Position numbers and translations under genes: made by a program. This document shows positions 36,055 to 46,129 of a stretch of 64,000 nucleotides of DNA, piece after piece. Location of the stretch: positions 32,001 to 96,000 of IMG/VR virus record IMGVR_UViG_3300014204_000123. One strand, 5' to 3'. This DNA is from a virus. Lineage: Duplodnaviria; Caudoviricetes. Position 1 is the first letter of the stretch. Each line of letters begins with the position of its first letter. The notes below the pieces were generated by a model. It worked only from the letters and a program-made list of their open reading frames with translations. It was not told the DNA's origin and did not search any database.

Positions 36055-37413
36055 GTGCCTAACAGTGGGGACTTCAAAGCACTAAGCCTTCGGTTGCTGT
36101 CTGCGGTGATCTCCGGTGGCAACCGGACGGCCAAGCGGTTGATGCGGCGTGGGGTCTCGGGGCTGTACTTCCCGGACGAGCTGGGGGATGTCTGGAAGTT
36201 TCTCCAGAAGACTCTGGACGAGGAAGGTAGGGTCCCGGAAGCGGACGAGGTGGAGGATCGGTTTAGTGTCCGGCTGGCGAGGGATGTAAACTCGTTTGAC
36301 GCCGATTCAGTGGCCGATTTGATCTCCGCTGGCCTTGCCACTACCCTTTTTGACGAGGGGATGAAAGGCTCAAAGGAGGCCTGCAAAAAGGGCGATTTGG
36401 ACTCTGCGTTATCGCTGGCTGAGGCCCAGATTCGCAGGGCCAGGAACTTGCACTATGGCGGGATCTCTGCATCTCACCTATACGGGCAGGTTGGCGAAGT
36501 GGAGATGTTGTACGAGCGTGCGAAGCGAGGGGACATAGGTGTTCCTTTCCCGTGGCCGACGATGAACTCCTCTACTATGGGGATGTGGGAAAAGACGCTC
36601 ACGCTGTTCGTGGCGAGGCCTGGAGTGGGCAAGACCATGAGTTCTCTTGTGGTTGCCAACCATGTTAGGTCCAAGACCACCGTTGATATCCTGTACGTGT
36701 CTCCCGAGATGTTCAAATGGGAGATCGCAGAGAGAAACTTGGCGATGGAGGCCAAGGTCAACTATGGCCGGTTGATTCAGGGCCATTTGCGGACGGAAGA
36801 GGAAGAGCGGTTTCGAGCCAGGGTCAGGGAGCAAAAAGAGTGGAAGCCAGACCCGAGCGACACTACATGTAGTGGCTTGTTCTGGATTGTCGACAGGTCC
36901 GACATCATCGGGGCGAAGGACGATCTTCTGGCTCTGGAGACCTTGATTGAGGAATATAGGTCGAGGGCTGCGCTCCGGGGCCGAAAGCTGTTGCTTATCG
37001 TTGATGCTCTATACAAACTCGGCAGTGGTAGGGACCGGACCGAGCAAATGGTGGTTAACATCCTGTGGGCTGTCAGGATGGGGATACAGTACGATTGCCC
37101 GGTGTTGGCTACTACGCAATTCAACCGAGGTGCGGGCGCTGGGGGCATGGAGGCTTCTCTTGAAAACCTGGGTTTGACCGACGTTGCAGCGTGGGAAGCT
37201 CACCAGATTTTCGCTCTGTTCCGGGACAAGGATATGAAGGCTAACCGGCAGATGGGCTTCAAGCCGTTGAAGGTCCGGCGCTTGGCTTCTGATGGAACAA
37301 ATGAGTTTCGTGTTCATTGGGATTTTGATACTATGTCTTTTGGTGAGATCGCTACGGAAGGCAAATATGTCGACACTGACTATGCAACAACTAGCGACGA
37401 TGTAAAGTATTAG
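36055..37413 (+). CDS. DnaB-like replicative helicase
   Basis: ARPGVGKT, YVSPEM, LIVD, TQFNR, KVR. Confidence 0.88.
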   Translation: MPNSGDFKALSLRLLSAVISGGNRTAKRLMRRGVSGLYFPDELGDVWKFLQKTLDEEGRVPEADEVEDRFSVRLARDVNSFDADSVADLISAGLATTLFDEGMKGSKEACKKGDLDSALSLAEAQIRRARNLHYGGISASHLYGQVGEVEMLYERAKRGDIGVPFPWPTMNSSTMGMWEKTLTLFVARPGVGKTMSSLVVANHVRSKTTVDILYVSPEMFKWEIAERNLAMEAKVNYGRLIQGHLRTEEEERFRARVREQKEWKPDPSDTTCSGLFWIVDRSDIIGAKDDLLALETLIEEYRSRAALRGRKLLLIVDALYKLGSGRDRTEQMVVNILWAVRMGIQYDCPVLATTQFNRGAGAGGMEASLENLGLTDVAAWEAHQIFALFRDKDMKANRQMGFKPLKVRRLASDGTNEFRVHWDFDTMSFGEIATEGKYVDTDYATTSDDVKY

Positions 37414-37579
37414 GAGAGACCATGACTAGTGAAGCTATTGTAGAAGTTGTGTTGAAGGACGGGACTAGAGTTCGGGCAGTCAAAAAGGGAGGGGCGTATA
37501 TCGTGGAGTCAACGGGTCAGGCGATTCCGGCAGGCAGTATCCAGAGTGTGGCGTCGTTGCTTTTGGGATAGGTGTTGCC

Positions 37580-38308
37580 ATGATTGCAGGCATCCGTGTG
37601 GGGTCCGATGGAGAGTGGTACAAGAACATGGCAGCGCTCATTCGCCATGGCGAGAGGACCTATGGGCTGAAAGTCAGGTACAAGGACGAGAGCCTGTTTA
37701 TGAAGGCCCTTGGCTTGCTCATGTTTTTCAACAAGGGATTCATGGCCAGCTACACAACTACGCTTTGGAACTACGTGTGGTTCCCGAGTCGTTACGCCGT
37801 GGCCCAAAACCCAAGGTCCTACTTTGTCACATTGGCCCATGAGCTTGCCCACATCGATCGATATGGCAGAAGTGTTTTTAGGTACTTGTGGTTTTGCATT
37901 AGATACATGTTCCCTCAGTGTTTGGCACTGCTATCGCTTGGGGCGTTCTCTGCCATTTGGGTTGGGCCGTGGGGTCTCGTGTTCCTTGTGTTTTTGGCGG
38001 CTGCGTTCCCTTGGCCTGCTCCTGGTAGGGTCAGGGAAGAGATCATTGGTTACGCCATGAGCGAGGTCTGCTGGCTTTGGCTGTTGGGCCGGGACTGGAG
38101 CGGGAGCAAGATCGACGATGGGGTTGTCAGCGAGTTTACTGGCAGCGGGTACTATTGGATGAAGTGGGGTGACGCCTCGTCGGTCCGAACGGATATTTCG
38201 CTTCGGTGCGGCTGGCTTGTGGCTGAAACAAACTGGGCTCTTGGTCGTGCGGTTAGGTACATTGCCCTGTATGGCAGTTCGGAATACTACTCCATGTACG
38301 GTGAGTAG
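37580..38308 (+). CDS. membrane protein with HExxH motif (putative metallopeptidase)
   Basis: YTTT...LAHELAH, TM helices, downstream R..E..GY. Confidence 0.6.
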   Translation: MIAGIRVGSDGEWYKNMAALIRHGERTYGLKVRYKDESLFMKALGLLMFFNKGFMASYTTTLWNYVWFPSRYAVAQNPRSYFVTLAHELAHIDRYGRSVFRYLWFCIRYMFPQCLALLSLGAFSAIWVGPWGLVFLVFLAAAFPWPAPGRVREEIIGYAMSEVCWLWLLGRDWSGSKIDDGVVSEFTGSGYYWMKWGDASSVRTDISLRCGWLVAETNWALGRAVRYIALYGSSEYYSMYGE

Positions 38309-38309
38309 C

Positions 38310-38914
38310 ATGGCTGAAAGGCAGACAGAGGTATATTATGACCAGACGTTGAAAGAGTTGATCTTCGACACAAGCAACGGCCGTGAGCGTGTCAAGCTGG
38401 CCAAGTTGATGGAGTGGAAGGTCAAGGGCAAGGGGATGCACCATATGATTAGGGCGTTGGCGCTCCATTTCGGAGCCAGCTTCGAGGAACAGACCATGTA
38501 TTCTATCGTTGGGGCGCTCCAAGACGTGGAGTCTAGCGAGAATATCTCATTTGGAGGGAAGGCATCATGGTAGGCGGGAAGTCTGTGGTTTTCACCTATT
38601 ACGGGGGTGAGCCTATCTTCAAAATGGGTCCGTACTGCGGTGAGCGGGCTTGCGACGTGGTAGTCGAAGACCCAGGGTATTTTCGTGAACTTCTTGCGCT
38701 GAGACTCCAGCCCGAAGACCGGGATTCTGTTCTCCAGGTCATGGAAAGGTCTGGGCTGGATTCGGCCGTTGACGATGGGTTTGACGGCGCAGTTGTGGCC
38801 GGGTCCGATGGTAAGTTTAGGGCTGTTGTCAATAGCAGGCCAAGGGATGATGTCGAGGTTCCAGTAGCGAGTGTCCATGATGTTCTCGGTGCCATTTTCG
38901 GAGGGTCGAAATGA
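38310..38914 (+). other. two hypothetical ORFs (38310, 38567)
   Basis: Packed ORFs. Confidence 0.5.
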
Positions 38915-39294
38915 AAGTTACGGCTGTTGGTGGCAAGGTTGCGATTGTGTTGGACGAGGAGCTAGAGCAAAAGCTCAGGCTGGAAGGCGAGGTCTCTATT
39001 GGTGAGGGTAAGACGCTGTTCCTTGTCCGGGAGCAGAAAGGCACGATTCTGCCTCAGATGCGAGTCGGGAAAATCATAAGCGTTGGGAAGGGCATATGGA
39101 AAAAGGTCGACGGGTCCGACCGCTGGATACCAATGCCAGAATCCATCAAGGTCGGGATGACTGTCGGCATCCCTCCGTTTATGCTCGCCCCGTTTTTCAT
39201 CGAGGGCGTGGGCAACGTCGTTATGGTTAATCCGCATTCTCTTATGGGGTTGGTGACCAGCCGTGAACGCCGATCAAATTCGGGAGTTGTGTGA
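38911..39294 (+). CDS. GroES-like co-chaperonin (copy 2, long mobile loop)
   Basis: GKVAIV...GKIISVGKG...IPM...VGMTV...IEG. Confidence 0.6.
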   Translation: MKVTAVGGKVAIVLDEELEQKLRLEGEVSIGEGKTLFLVREQKGTILPQMRVGKIISVGKGIWKKVDGSDRWIPMPESIKVGMTVGIPPFMLAPFFIEGVGNVVMVNPHSLMGLVTSRERRSNSGVV

Positions 39295-40336
39295 GCTGTT
39301 AGGTTCCGGTTGTTCGGACAGAAATGCCAACATGTATACGCACTGCCCGCTGTCGGAGTGGACTCACGATGCAGGGACAGACAATAGAGCCTCATTCAGT
39401 ATCGGGGTCAGAGACGATGGAGGGCACAGCCCATGCCGGTGTTGGTCGTGCGGTTTCAACGGCACTTTGTGGATGCTTGGTTCCGAGCTGGTTAAGCGGG
39501 ACAACGTCAAATACAGCCCGATCAACAGGTTCATTCGCCACATTGAGGACGGATGGGATAGTGGTTGCGGAGGGGTTTCCGTTTCTCCGATTGAGCGGAA
39601 GGCCGATAGGTCCATAGAGGGGGACATCGCTGAATACCCTGACGAAAAGGTGATTCCAGAGCAGGACTACGCTGTATTTGCTGGCCGGGTTCCGATGTAT
39701 GCGTTGGACCGAGGCTTGCGCCTGGAAACTTGCAAGGCCTGGGAGTTGGGGCATGATCAATGGCGGAAGCGGTTGCTGTTCCCTGCGCGGGATTATCGGG
39801 GCCGTCTGGTAGGGGTGTCGGGGAGGCTTTACACTCCAGGATGCCCACGTTGTCATAGGCTTCCTGGAGCCAAGAAGTATAGGTCTTGCCCGTCGTGCGG
39901 GTATTCGTTGGGGGAGAAGTACCTACACACGGATGGCTTCAAAAAGGAGTACGTCCTATATGGCGAGCACATGATCAACCGGGACTTGGACTATGGGATT
40001 GTGGTCGAGGGTCCTTTGGACGTTTTGAAGCTATGGCAGCATGGATTCGAGAACGTAGTCGGAGTGTTCGGTTCGGAGCCGAGCGTCAAGCAAATGCGGA
40101 AGCTGGTTCATTTCTTCAAGCGGGTTGTGGTGTTTATTGATGCCGACAAGGCGGGCAAGAAAATGGGCGAGAAGCTGGCTCAGCGATTGGTGCCTTTTCT
40201 GGAGGACTACCATGTTGTTGGCGGGTACAAGAATGACGGCAAGGACCCGGCAGACAGGTCGTGTTTCGAGGTTATGGGGATGCTAAGTCAGGTGGGTATT
40301 GGCCCGACTAGGTCATTGGTTCGGGATTCCCCTTGA
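39263..40336 (+). CDS. DNA primase (Zn finger plus Toprim)
   Basis: CPL..WTH..D, CWSC, RLLFP, VVEGPLD, DADKAG, KDPAD. Confidence 0.88.
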   Translation: MNADQIRELCELLGSGCSDRNANMYTHCPLSEWTHDAGTDNRASFSIGVRDDGGHSPCRCWSCGFNGTLWMLGSELVKRDNVKYSPINRFIRHIEDGWDSGCGGVSVSPIERKADRSIEGDIAEYPDEKVIPEQDYAVFAGRVPMYALDRGLRLETCKAWELGHDQWRKRLLFPARDYRGRLVGVSGRLYTPGCPRCHRLPGAKKYRSCPSCGYSLGEKYLHTDGFKKEYVLYGEHMINRDLDYGIVVEGPLDVLKLWQHGFENVVGVFGSEPSVKQMRKLVHFFKRVVVFIDADKAGKKMGEKLAQRLVPFLEDYHVVGGYKNDGKDPADRSCFEVMGMLSQVGIGPTRSLVRDSP

Positions 40337-40365
40337 CTTTGTCCGGGGCTGGATTATGCTACAAC
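40333..40365 (+). promoter_or_regulatory. class B promoter
   Basis: TTGACT-16 bp-TATGCT within GATTATGCTACAAC. Confidence 0.8.
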
Positions 40366-40397
40366 GGATGGTAGGCTTTTTCATCGGACGGGGGTTG

Positions 40398-41090
40398 ATG
40401 ATGTGGTACAGGCGAGGGTTCGGGTATTTTGAGGAGTTCAATCGGTTGAAGTTGATGCAGGGACTCCAGCCTACTCGGTTTATGATCCGAAAGGACGAGA
40501 AGCGGGACGTTGTTTTCCTTGACGGCGGCGATGATGATGCTCCGTTCATGGTGGTCGAGCACAGAAAGAAAGTCGCCGGTGCCTGGACATATCCTGTGTG
40601 CCAGAATTCGGATAAGTACCTATCGGGAGAGGCCGTAGACTTGCAGCCGTGCGTGGCGTGTGACGAGAACTCCGGTCGACATACGGTTGGTATGCTTAGC
40701 GTCATTGATATCGCCGGATATGAGCGAGACAAGAAAAAGTACCCAGGTCTTCGTCGGTTGTTTTGCGCCGATGAGGCTTGTTTGCGGACGCTGTCTGAGA
40801 TTCGTGCTCAGTGTCCGGGTGGGAGCCTTACGGGTGCGGTGATTCGGGTCAATGATACAGCCGGGGAGTGGGGGAGTTGTGGCACGAGTTGGGAGTTGCT
40901 AAAGGTGCTTCCCAAGGACAAGTGGGATGCAGCGATCAAGAAAATGGGTTTTGACGTGTCCAAGAATCCCTGGCAGCCGTTTGACTACGCCAGCTTCGTG
41001 AAGCTTGTCCCGAACGAAACCATGCGCTCTATTTGGGCTGGGAAGGTCACAGTCCCGGATGCGGGGGCCGATGAAGAGGTAAAATACTAA
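40398..41090 (+). CDS. putative gp32-like zinc-binding ssDNA-binding protein
   Basis: RF.I...FLD, EH...C...CxxC Zn ligands, acidic C-tail; lies in the replication cluster. Confidence 0.5.
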   Translation: MMWYRRGFGYFEEFNRLKLMQGLQPTRFMIRKDEKRDVVFLDGGDDDAPFMVVEHRKKVAGAWTYPVCQNSDKYLSGEAVDLQPCVACDENSGRHTVGMLSVIDIAGYERDKKKYPGLRRLFCADEACLRTLSEIRAQCPGGSLTGAVIRVNDTAGEWGSCGTSWELLKVLPKDKWDAAIKKMGFDVSKNPWQPFDYASFVKLVPNETMRSIWAGKVTVPDAGADEEVKY

Positions 41091-42220
41091 TGCCTTTCGA
41101 TCTCGACTCCAGGATGGTTGCCATGGGCTTGGTCTTCATTGGACTACTGGCCGTGGGCCTTATTGGTGCTACGGTGATCGATGCCTTGTCCGTTATGGCC
41201 GACAGGTCGAAGAGGGGCAATAAATGGTACAAGTGATTCAGGATGTCCCATTATGGTTTAAGATTTTCTTTGTCATGATGGCGGCTAGTTGTGTCGGGAT
41301 TCTGTTTCTTTTGTTGCAGATTCAATTGGCCATATCAAGGCTGGCCGAAGGCATGATACTAATGAACAAAGAAAACAAAAATATGGCGAAGAGATTGGAC
41401 GCTCTATGTGACGCATATATGATTGAGGAAGACGGTACGGTGCCATGCGTGATTCGTGCCGGTGAATCAAATTTGGACGATGAACAAGAGGGACGACGAT
41501 GGAAGAGAAGGTAGTGAAGCCTAGAACGAGAACAGGCGGCGGGTCGATTGCTTGGGGCTATTTCCTGATTCAGGAGGATGGCAGCGAGGCATTCCACATG
41601 GTGGAGGGGGCGACCAGCACCGAGGACGTGAAGGATATGATACGGAAAGAGATGCTGCAATTAGGCGCTAACTCTGTATTCTATAAAAACGTGGTGAAGA
41701 TTTTTGCTATCAAGGCGGAAATCAAGCCTAACTTATCGTCTAAAGTGGTGGTGAAGCTATGAGTTCGAGCTGGGTTCCGAAGGTTGGGGAGATGGTCTAC
41801 GGCGTTTCCAGGGTAGAGTCTACTCGGCCACCTATGTATATGATCCATCATGGGGTGGTCCGGGAGTCCGACGCCAATGCTAGGATGGTGCACCTTGAAG
41901 ATGGCCTTCCCGGCGGCAAGCTGATTATCTTGCTGATGAACAAGACATTCAGGACCAGGACTGCCGCGCTTGCGGATATCGTTGCGATGTCGGAGCAGGC
42001 CTTGTCTCGCTACTGTGAGACCTCCATTGAGAAGCCTGGGAGCATTCCCGAGCATGTTATTGAAGCATGGAGGACCCAGGTCGAGATGGCCAAGGACGGG
42101 GCGGTGCCCATGATTGGTGGTCTTATTGACCCAGGAACTGGGAAGCCTGTTTCGTTCCGCCAGCGTAAAATTCGGACCAGGAAGATGAAGCGGTCCAACT
42201 TTCTGACTGTCTGCAATTGA
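41090..42220 (+). other. four hypothetical ORFs (41090 TM, 41224 TM, 41499, 41759)
   Basis: Packed ORFs. Confidence 0.5.
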
Positions 42221-42236
42221 TTGCCGGGGGGTCAGG

Positions 42237-43748
42237 ATGTCGGTAGCTCCTGTAAGGTTCAAGGATACGGAAGTGGTCATCGACCGTATGGCTTGGATTC
42301 CAAAGGCCTCATTGAGCGACCAGGACATGTTCCTTTTGCGAAGGGAGCTAGTCAAGACACCTATCAAGATGGCTGAGTTCGCCGGGATGGACGAGGACGA
42401 GAAGCCGGTGGTGCTATATGAGGAGCACGGCCGGTGGTTTGGAGTTCCCAGGGCGTATTATGAATCAGTCATGAGGTCCAAGTGTTCCGGCTTGACCGAG
42501 AAGCCGATGTTTTGCGAGACCCGATCGATTCCAGACAGCAGGATGGAGTTGAAGGGCATCAAGTTGGGCGGGACCTATTCAGAGCAAGCGGAGATGGTTC
42601 GGCAACTGTCCGAGTTTTTCAAGGGCGGGGGCATGGGAGGCATCTTCCGGGCCGACCCTGGATACGGCAAGACAGTGGTAGCGCTTCGGGTGATCTCAGA
42701 GTTGAAGGTTCCTACGCTGGTTGTGGTCCACAAGGACTTCCTGCTCACGCAATGGATCAACCGAATCAGGAAGTACCTTCCCAACGCCAAGATCGGTCAC
42801 ATACAGCAAGACAAGGTGGTAGTGGAGGGCTGCGATATTGTGATAGCGATGCTCCAGTCGTTGTCTCAAAGGGAATATGATAGGTCTATTTACAGTGCGT
42901 TCGGGTTGGTGGTCATTGACGAGACGCACCGGCTGGGGGCCAGCTCGTGGGCTCCGGTCATTCGCAAGTTTAGGGGCCGCTGGCGACTTGGACTTACTGC
43001 TACGGCGAGGCGCAAGGATGGCATGGAGGACGTGTTCTTCTGGAACATAGGTCCGATCATTGTCTCTGCCAAGGTCAAGACCAAGCTTCCCAAGTTGAAG
43101 CGAATCAGGACGGCGAGCAAGTTGCCTCGTGCGGGCACGCTGGAGGGCAATGCTAGGGTATCGAAGACTGACAAGGAGCAGGCGAAGTCAGTCATGACAC
43201 CTACGGTGTTGCGGCATATAGCGAGGGATACACAGAGGAACAAGGTCATTGTGGAGCAGATTTTCGAGGCTGCCACGAGTGAAAATCTGAGGAAGGTCAT
43301 AGTGCTGAGTGAACGAAAGGACTCGCATTTGCACCTTTTGAAAGACGACTTCGAGAAGTTCTGTGTGAAGAAAAAGGCGTCTGTGACCACTGGCTTCTAC
43401 TACGGGGGGCTCTCCGAGCGGGAGCTGTTGGAGTCCGAGGGGAAACGGGTTCTGTTCTGTACTTACCAGATGGTGAGTGAGGCGCTGGACATAGAGTCCT
43501 TGGATACGTTGGTGCTGGCGACGCCAATTTCGGATGTAGAGCAGGCTGTTGGCAGAATTCGACGGCAGTGCACTCCTGATAGCGACAAGTGCGCCCGGTT
43601 ATGTCCGTGGCGGGCCGGGGTGTGCAAGGGCAAGCCCGATCCGATCGTTGTGGACATCCTGGACCCGCTGATTGATCGGTGCGAGGCGAAGGCCAGATGG
43701 CGCATGATGTTCTACCGGGAAGAGGGGATTATGGGCAAGCAGGCTTGA
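42237..43748 (+). CDS. SF2 DExH helicase (UvsW/XPB-like)
   Basis: PGYGKT, IDETH, GLTAT, EALDI, QAVGRIRR. Confidence 0.9.
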   Translation: MSVAPVRFKDTEVVIDRMAWIPKASLSDQDMFLLRRELVKTPIKMAEFAGMDEDEKPVVLYEEHGRWFGVPRAYYESVMRSKCSGLTEKPMFCETRSIPDSRMELKGIKLGGTYSEQAEMVRQLSEFFKGGGMGGIFRADPGYGKTVVALRVISELKVPTLVVVHKDFLLTQWINRIRKYLPNAKIGHIQQDKVVVEGCDIVIAMLQSLSQREYDRSIYSAFGLVVIDETHRLGASSWAPVIRKFRGRWRLGLTATARRKDGMEDVFFWNIGPIIVSAKVKTKLPKLKRIRTASKLPRAGTLEGNARVSKTDKEQAKSVMTPTVLRHIARDTQRNKVIVEQIFEAATSENLRKVIVLSERKDSHLHLLKDDFEKFCVKKKASVTTGFYYGGLSERELLESEGKRVLFCTYQMVSEALDIESLDTLVLATPISDVEQAVGRIRRQCTPDSDKCARLCPWRAGVCKGKPDPIVVDILDPLIDRCEAKARWRMMFYREEGIMGKQA

Positions 43749-43778
43749 CAGCGCTGGGCAAGCCGATTATGCTACAAT
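43745..43778 (+). promoter_or_regulatory. class B promoter
   Basis: TTGACA-17 bp-TATGCT within GATTATGCTACAA. Confidence 0.8.
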
Positions 43779-43794
43779 AGGTGTGGAGGTGCTC

Positions 43795-44094
43795 ATGAGA
43801 TCGATTAGGACTAGGAAGCCTTTGGAACTGGAGTTCCGAGGCAAGGCGTACACTGTGTTTTGGGTTGGAGACTTGGCCACTGAGGTTGGCCGGTCATCTA
43901 GGACGGTTGGCTGTTGGTGCAGGAGCGGGGTGCTTCCCGAGTCTCCATTCCGGTCACCACGGGGGGACAGGTACTTCACGTCGGAGATGATTGGGGTCAT
44001 CAAGGCCGCTGTTGCCAAGTGTGGCGGGGCCAATTTGGATCTCCAGTCCTTTACCAAGGAGGTGAAGGAAGGCTGGGCGAAACTAGGTTACTGA
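43795..44094 (+). CDS. MerR-type HTH DNA-binding protein
   Basis: VGDLATEVGRSSRTV..W.RSGVLP...RSPRGDRYF. Confidence 0.75.
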   Translation: MRSIRTRKPLELEFRGKAYTVFWVGDLATEVGRSSRTVGCWCRSGVLPESPFRSPRGDRYFTSEMIGVIKAAVAKCGGANLDLQSFTKEVKEGWAKLGY

Positions 44095-44124
44095 GCGGAC
44101 TATATGAGACGAAGCACATGAGGT

Positions 44125-44691
44125 GTGGCATTGAAGAACAATCCTATTTTCTTTGAGTCGGTAGTTGTAACCAAGACAAACAGAGACAAAACCAAGACGG
44201 TAGAGTCTGCGGAAGACGGGTATGGTCGGCCTCCATTTCCGGCCCCTTCGTTTCCAACGGCGCACCTATTCGTGTCGATGGGCTTCACGAAGAACTTGCA
44301 GGATTTCCGAAGCAAGAAAGCCAATGTAGGCGTGAGTGTTCCGTTCGATGCCACTCGTCTGGACGAGGTGTGGGCGACTGTCAAACCGTGGGTCAGCCGT
44401 AGGCTCATGGAGCTGATCAATGGTAAGACTTCCACGGAAGAGCCGCTGGCGATTCTCCCGGTGGTGTTGGTGGATACGGTGCCCGCTTCCGATGTCGTTA
44501 GCGTTCCGGTGAGCTGCGGCCACACGGTACCGCTTGGCAACTTTGAGTTCGCATCAATAGAGATCGGCCTTACGCTGCTGTCGGACCCAGATAAGGTGGT
44601 TGACGCATACAACTGGGGCGCTGCCTGGACAAAGGAAAAGGCGGATGATATTGCCGAAGGCGTAGAGCGGGCCAGGGCGAAAAAGAAGTAG
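44125..44691 (+). CDS. hypothetical with an internally duplicated domain
   Basis: VSMGFTKNLQDFRSKKANVG versus VSCGHTVPLGNFEFASIEIG. Confidence 0.6.
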   Translation: MALKNNPIFFESVVVTKTNRDKTKTVESAEDGYGRPPFPAPSFPTAHLFVSMGFTKNLQDFRSKKANVGVSVPFDATRLDEVWATVKPWVSRRLMELINGKTSTEEPLAILPVVLVDTVPASDVVSVPVSCGHTVPLGNFEFASIEIGLTLLSDPDKVVDAYNWGAAWTKEKADDIAEGVERARAKKK

Positions 44692-44716
44692 TCAACTCAT
44701 TTCTACGGCGGGACCT

Positions 44717-46129
44717 ATGGCAAAGAAAGAAAAGAAGTCGGATTCGGCAGAGGAGCAGTCTGGAGCCAGTAAGGTCCAGAGGTTTAGGCTTCGCCAGGAT
44801 TCGCTATGCTCCAAGTATGGGTCGGGGACTTCCGTTATGGCGTCCGTGATCCCTGATACGCTGCGCATTTCTACGGGCTCATTCCGGTTAGATTATGCGT
44901 CGGGCGGTGGTGTCCCTGTTGGCCGAACTTCGCTGATTTGGGGCGGGGAGTCGTCTGGCAAAACTGGGATGGTTTTGCGTATTGGTGCACAAGCTCAGAA
45001 GTTGTGCGCCAACTGCTATCGGATGCCGGTATTGGCCTCGTTGCTCAAGATGGACGATGATACGATCGTCTTGGGGGTCCCGGATGGCAATGGTGGGTTT
45101 ATCGACTCCGAGACCGGGCGTGAGGTTGTGGTTGCGAGTGTGGCTGGGGAACTCAGCAAGATCCAGTATTGCGACTGCTATTCCAAAGCGCTGTTTGTTC
45201 CCAAGCCTCTACCGGGTAACGGCGATAATGAGTTCGAGAAAGATGCCATTTTTCAGGCTAGGCTAGAAGGTTATAGCACAAACTCATATGAGGACGTTAC
45301 GGTACACTATGTAAACATAGAGGGCGACCTTGACGTTGGCTGGGCCAGGAAGATAGGTATTGACACGAGCAGAATGGCGGTGACGGTTTGCGAGACCGGG
45401 GAAGAGGCTGTCGATGTTGTCAAGTTTCTGATTGATTCTTGCGATAACGACGTGATCATCGTGGATTCTCTGGCGATGATGGTGCCCATGACTGAGGTCG
45501 AGGAGAGTGCCCACGACGCTCATATGGGGTTACAGTCCAGGATGCTGAATCAGGCTATGCGGGTGTGGACTCAGGCCAGAGTAGCGGCAAAGAGGAAGCA
45601 CGGCAGGGACATCACGATTCTGCTCGTGAACCAATGGCGAATGAAGATTGACAGGTTCGGTGGAGGCCCGCAGTTAGTTGGGGGGCTTGGCCAGCGGTTT
45701 GTGGGGTCGTTCCAGGTGAAGTGTTGGTCAAAGAAGGGTGAGTCGTCTCAGATCGACGTTGGCAAAAAGGGATATGAGGTGGACGTTGCGGAAACGGCTA
45801 CAACATGTTTCAAGGTGGAAAAGAACAAGACGTTTGGGTCCAAGGAAGTCGAGGGTGAGATTGAGTTCTTTGTCCGTGATTGCGAAGAGGGTAAGGCCGG
45901 TGAGGTTCGGGAGTTCGATTACATATGGACTTTGGCGAAATACTTCGGGATCGTTTTCAAGCAGGAAAAGCCCATAAAGTGGATAATGAATGGGAAGGTG
46001 TTTGATACCGAAACGGCGGCCAAGGCAGCGGTCAGAACGGACCCGGAGGTTATGGCTGGGCTTCGTTCGACGTTAATGACGTTGCTCCTGGGTCAGATCA
46101 AGAAAGAGATGCTGGGGGGCAAGCGATGA
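44717..46129 (+). CDS. RecA/UvsX-like recombinase with a ~100-aa Cys-containing insertion
   Basis: ISTGSFRLD..SGGGVPVGR, GGESSGKT, IEG.LD..WA..IGID, IIVDSLA, LVNQWR, VEKNK. Confidence 0.9.
   Translation: MAKKEKKSDSAEEQSGASKVQRFRLRQDSLCSKYGSGTSVMASVIPDTLRISTGSFRLDYASGGGVPVGRTSLIWGGESSGKTGMVLRIGAQAQKLCANCYRMPVLASLLKMDDDTIVLGVPDGNGGFIDSETGREVVVASVAGELSKIQYCDCYSKALFVPKPLPGNGDNEFEKDAIFQARLEGYSTNSYEDVTVHYVNIEGDLDVGWARKIGIDTSRMAVTVCETGEEAVDVVKFLIDSCDNDVIIVDSLAMMVPMTEVEESAHDAHMGLQSRMLNQAMRVWTQARVAAKRKHGRDITILLVNQWRMKIDRFGGGPQLVGGLGQRFVGSFQVKCWSKKGESSQIDVGKKGYEVDVAETATTCFKVEKNKTFGSKEVEGEIEFFVRDCEEGKAGEVREFDYIWTLAKYFGIVFKQEKPIKWIMNGKVFDTETAAKAAVRTDPEVMAGLRSTLMTLLLGQIKKEMLGGKR

Noticed and set aside
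45000-45300. Intein in RecA
   Set aside because: No recognisable Hint blocks or C-terminal HN followed by C/S/T
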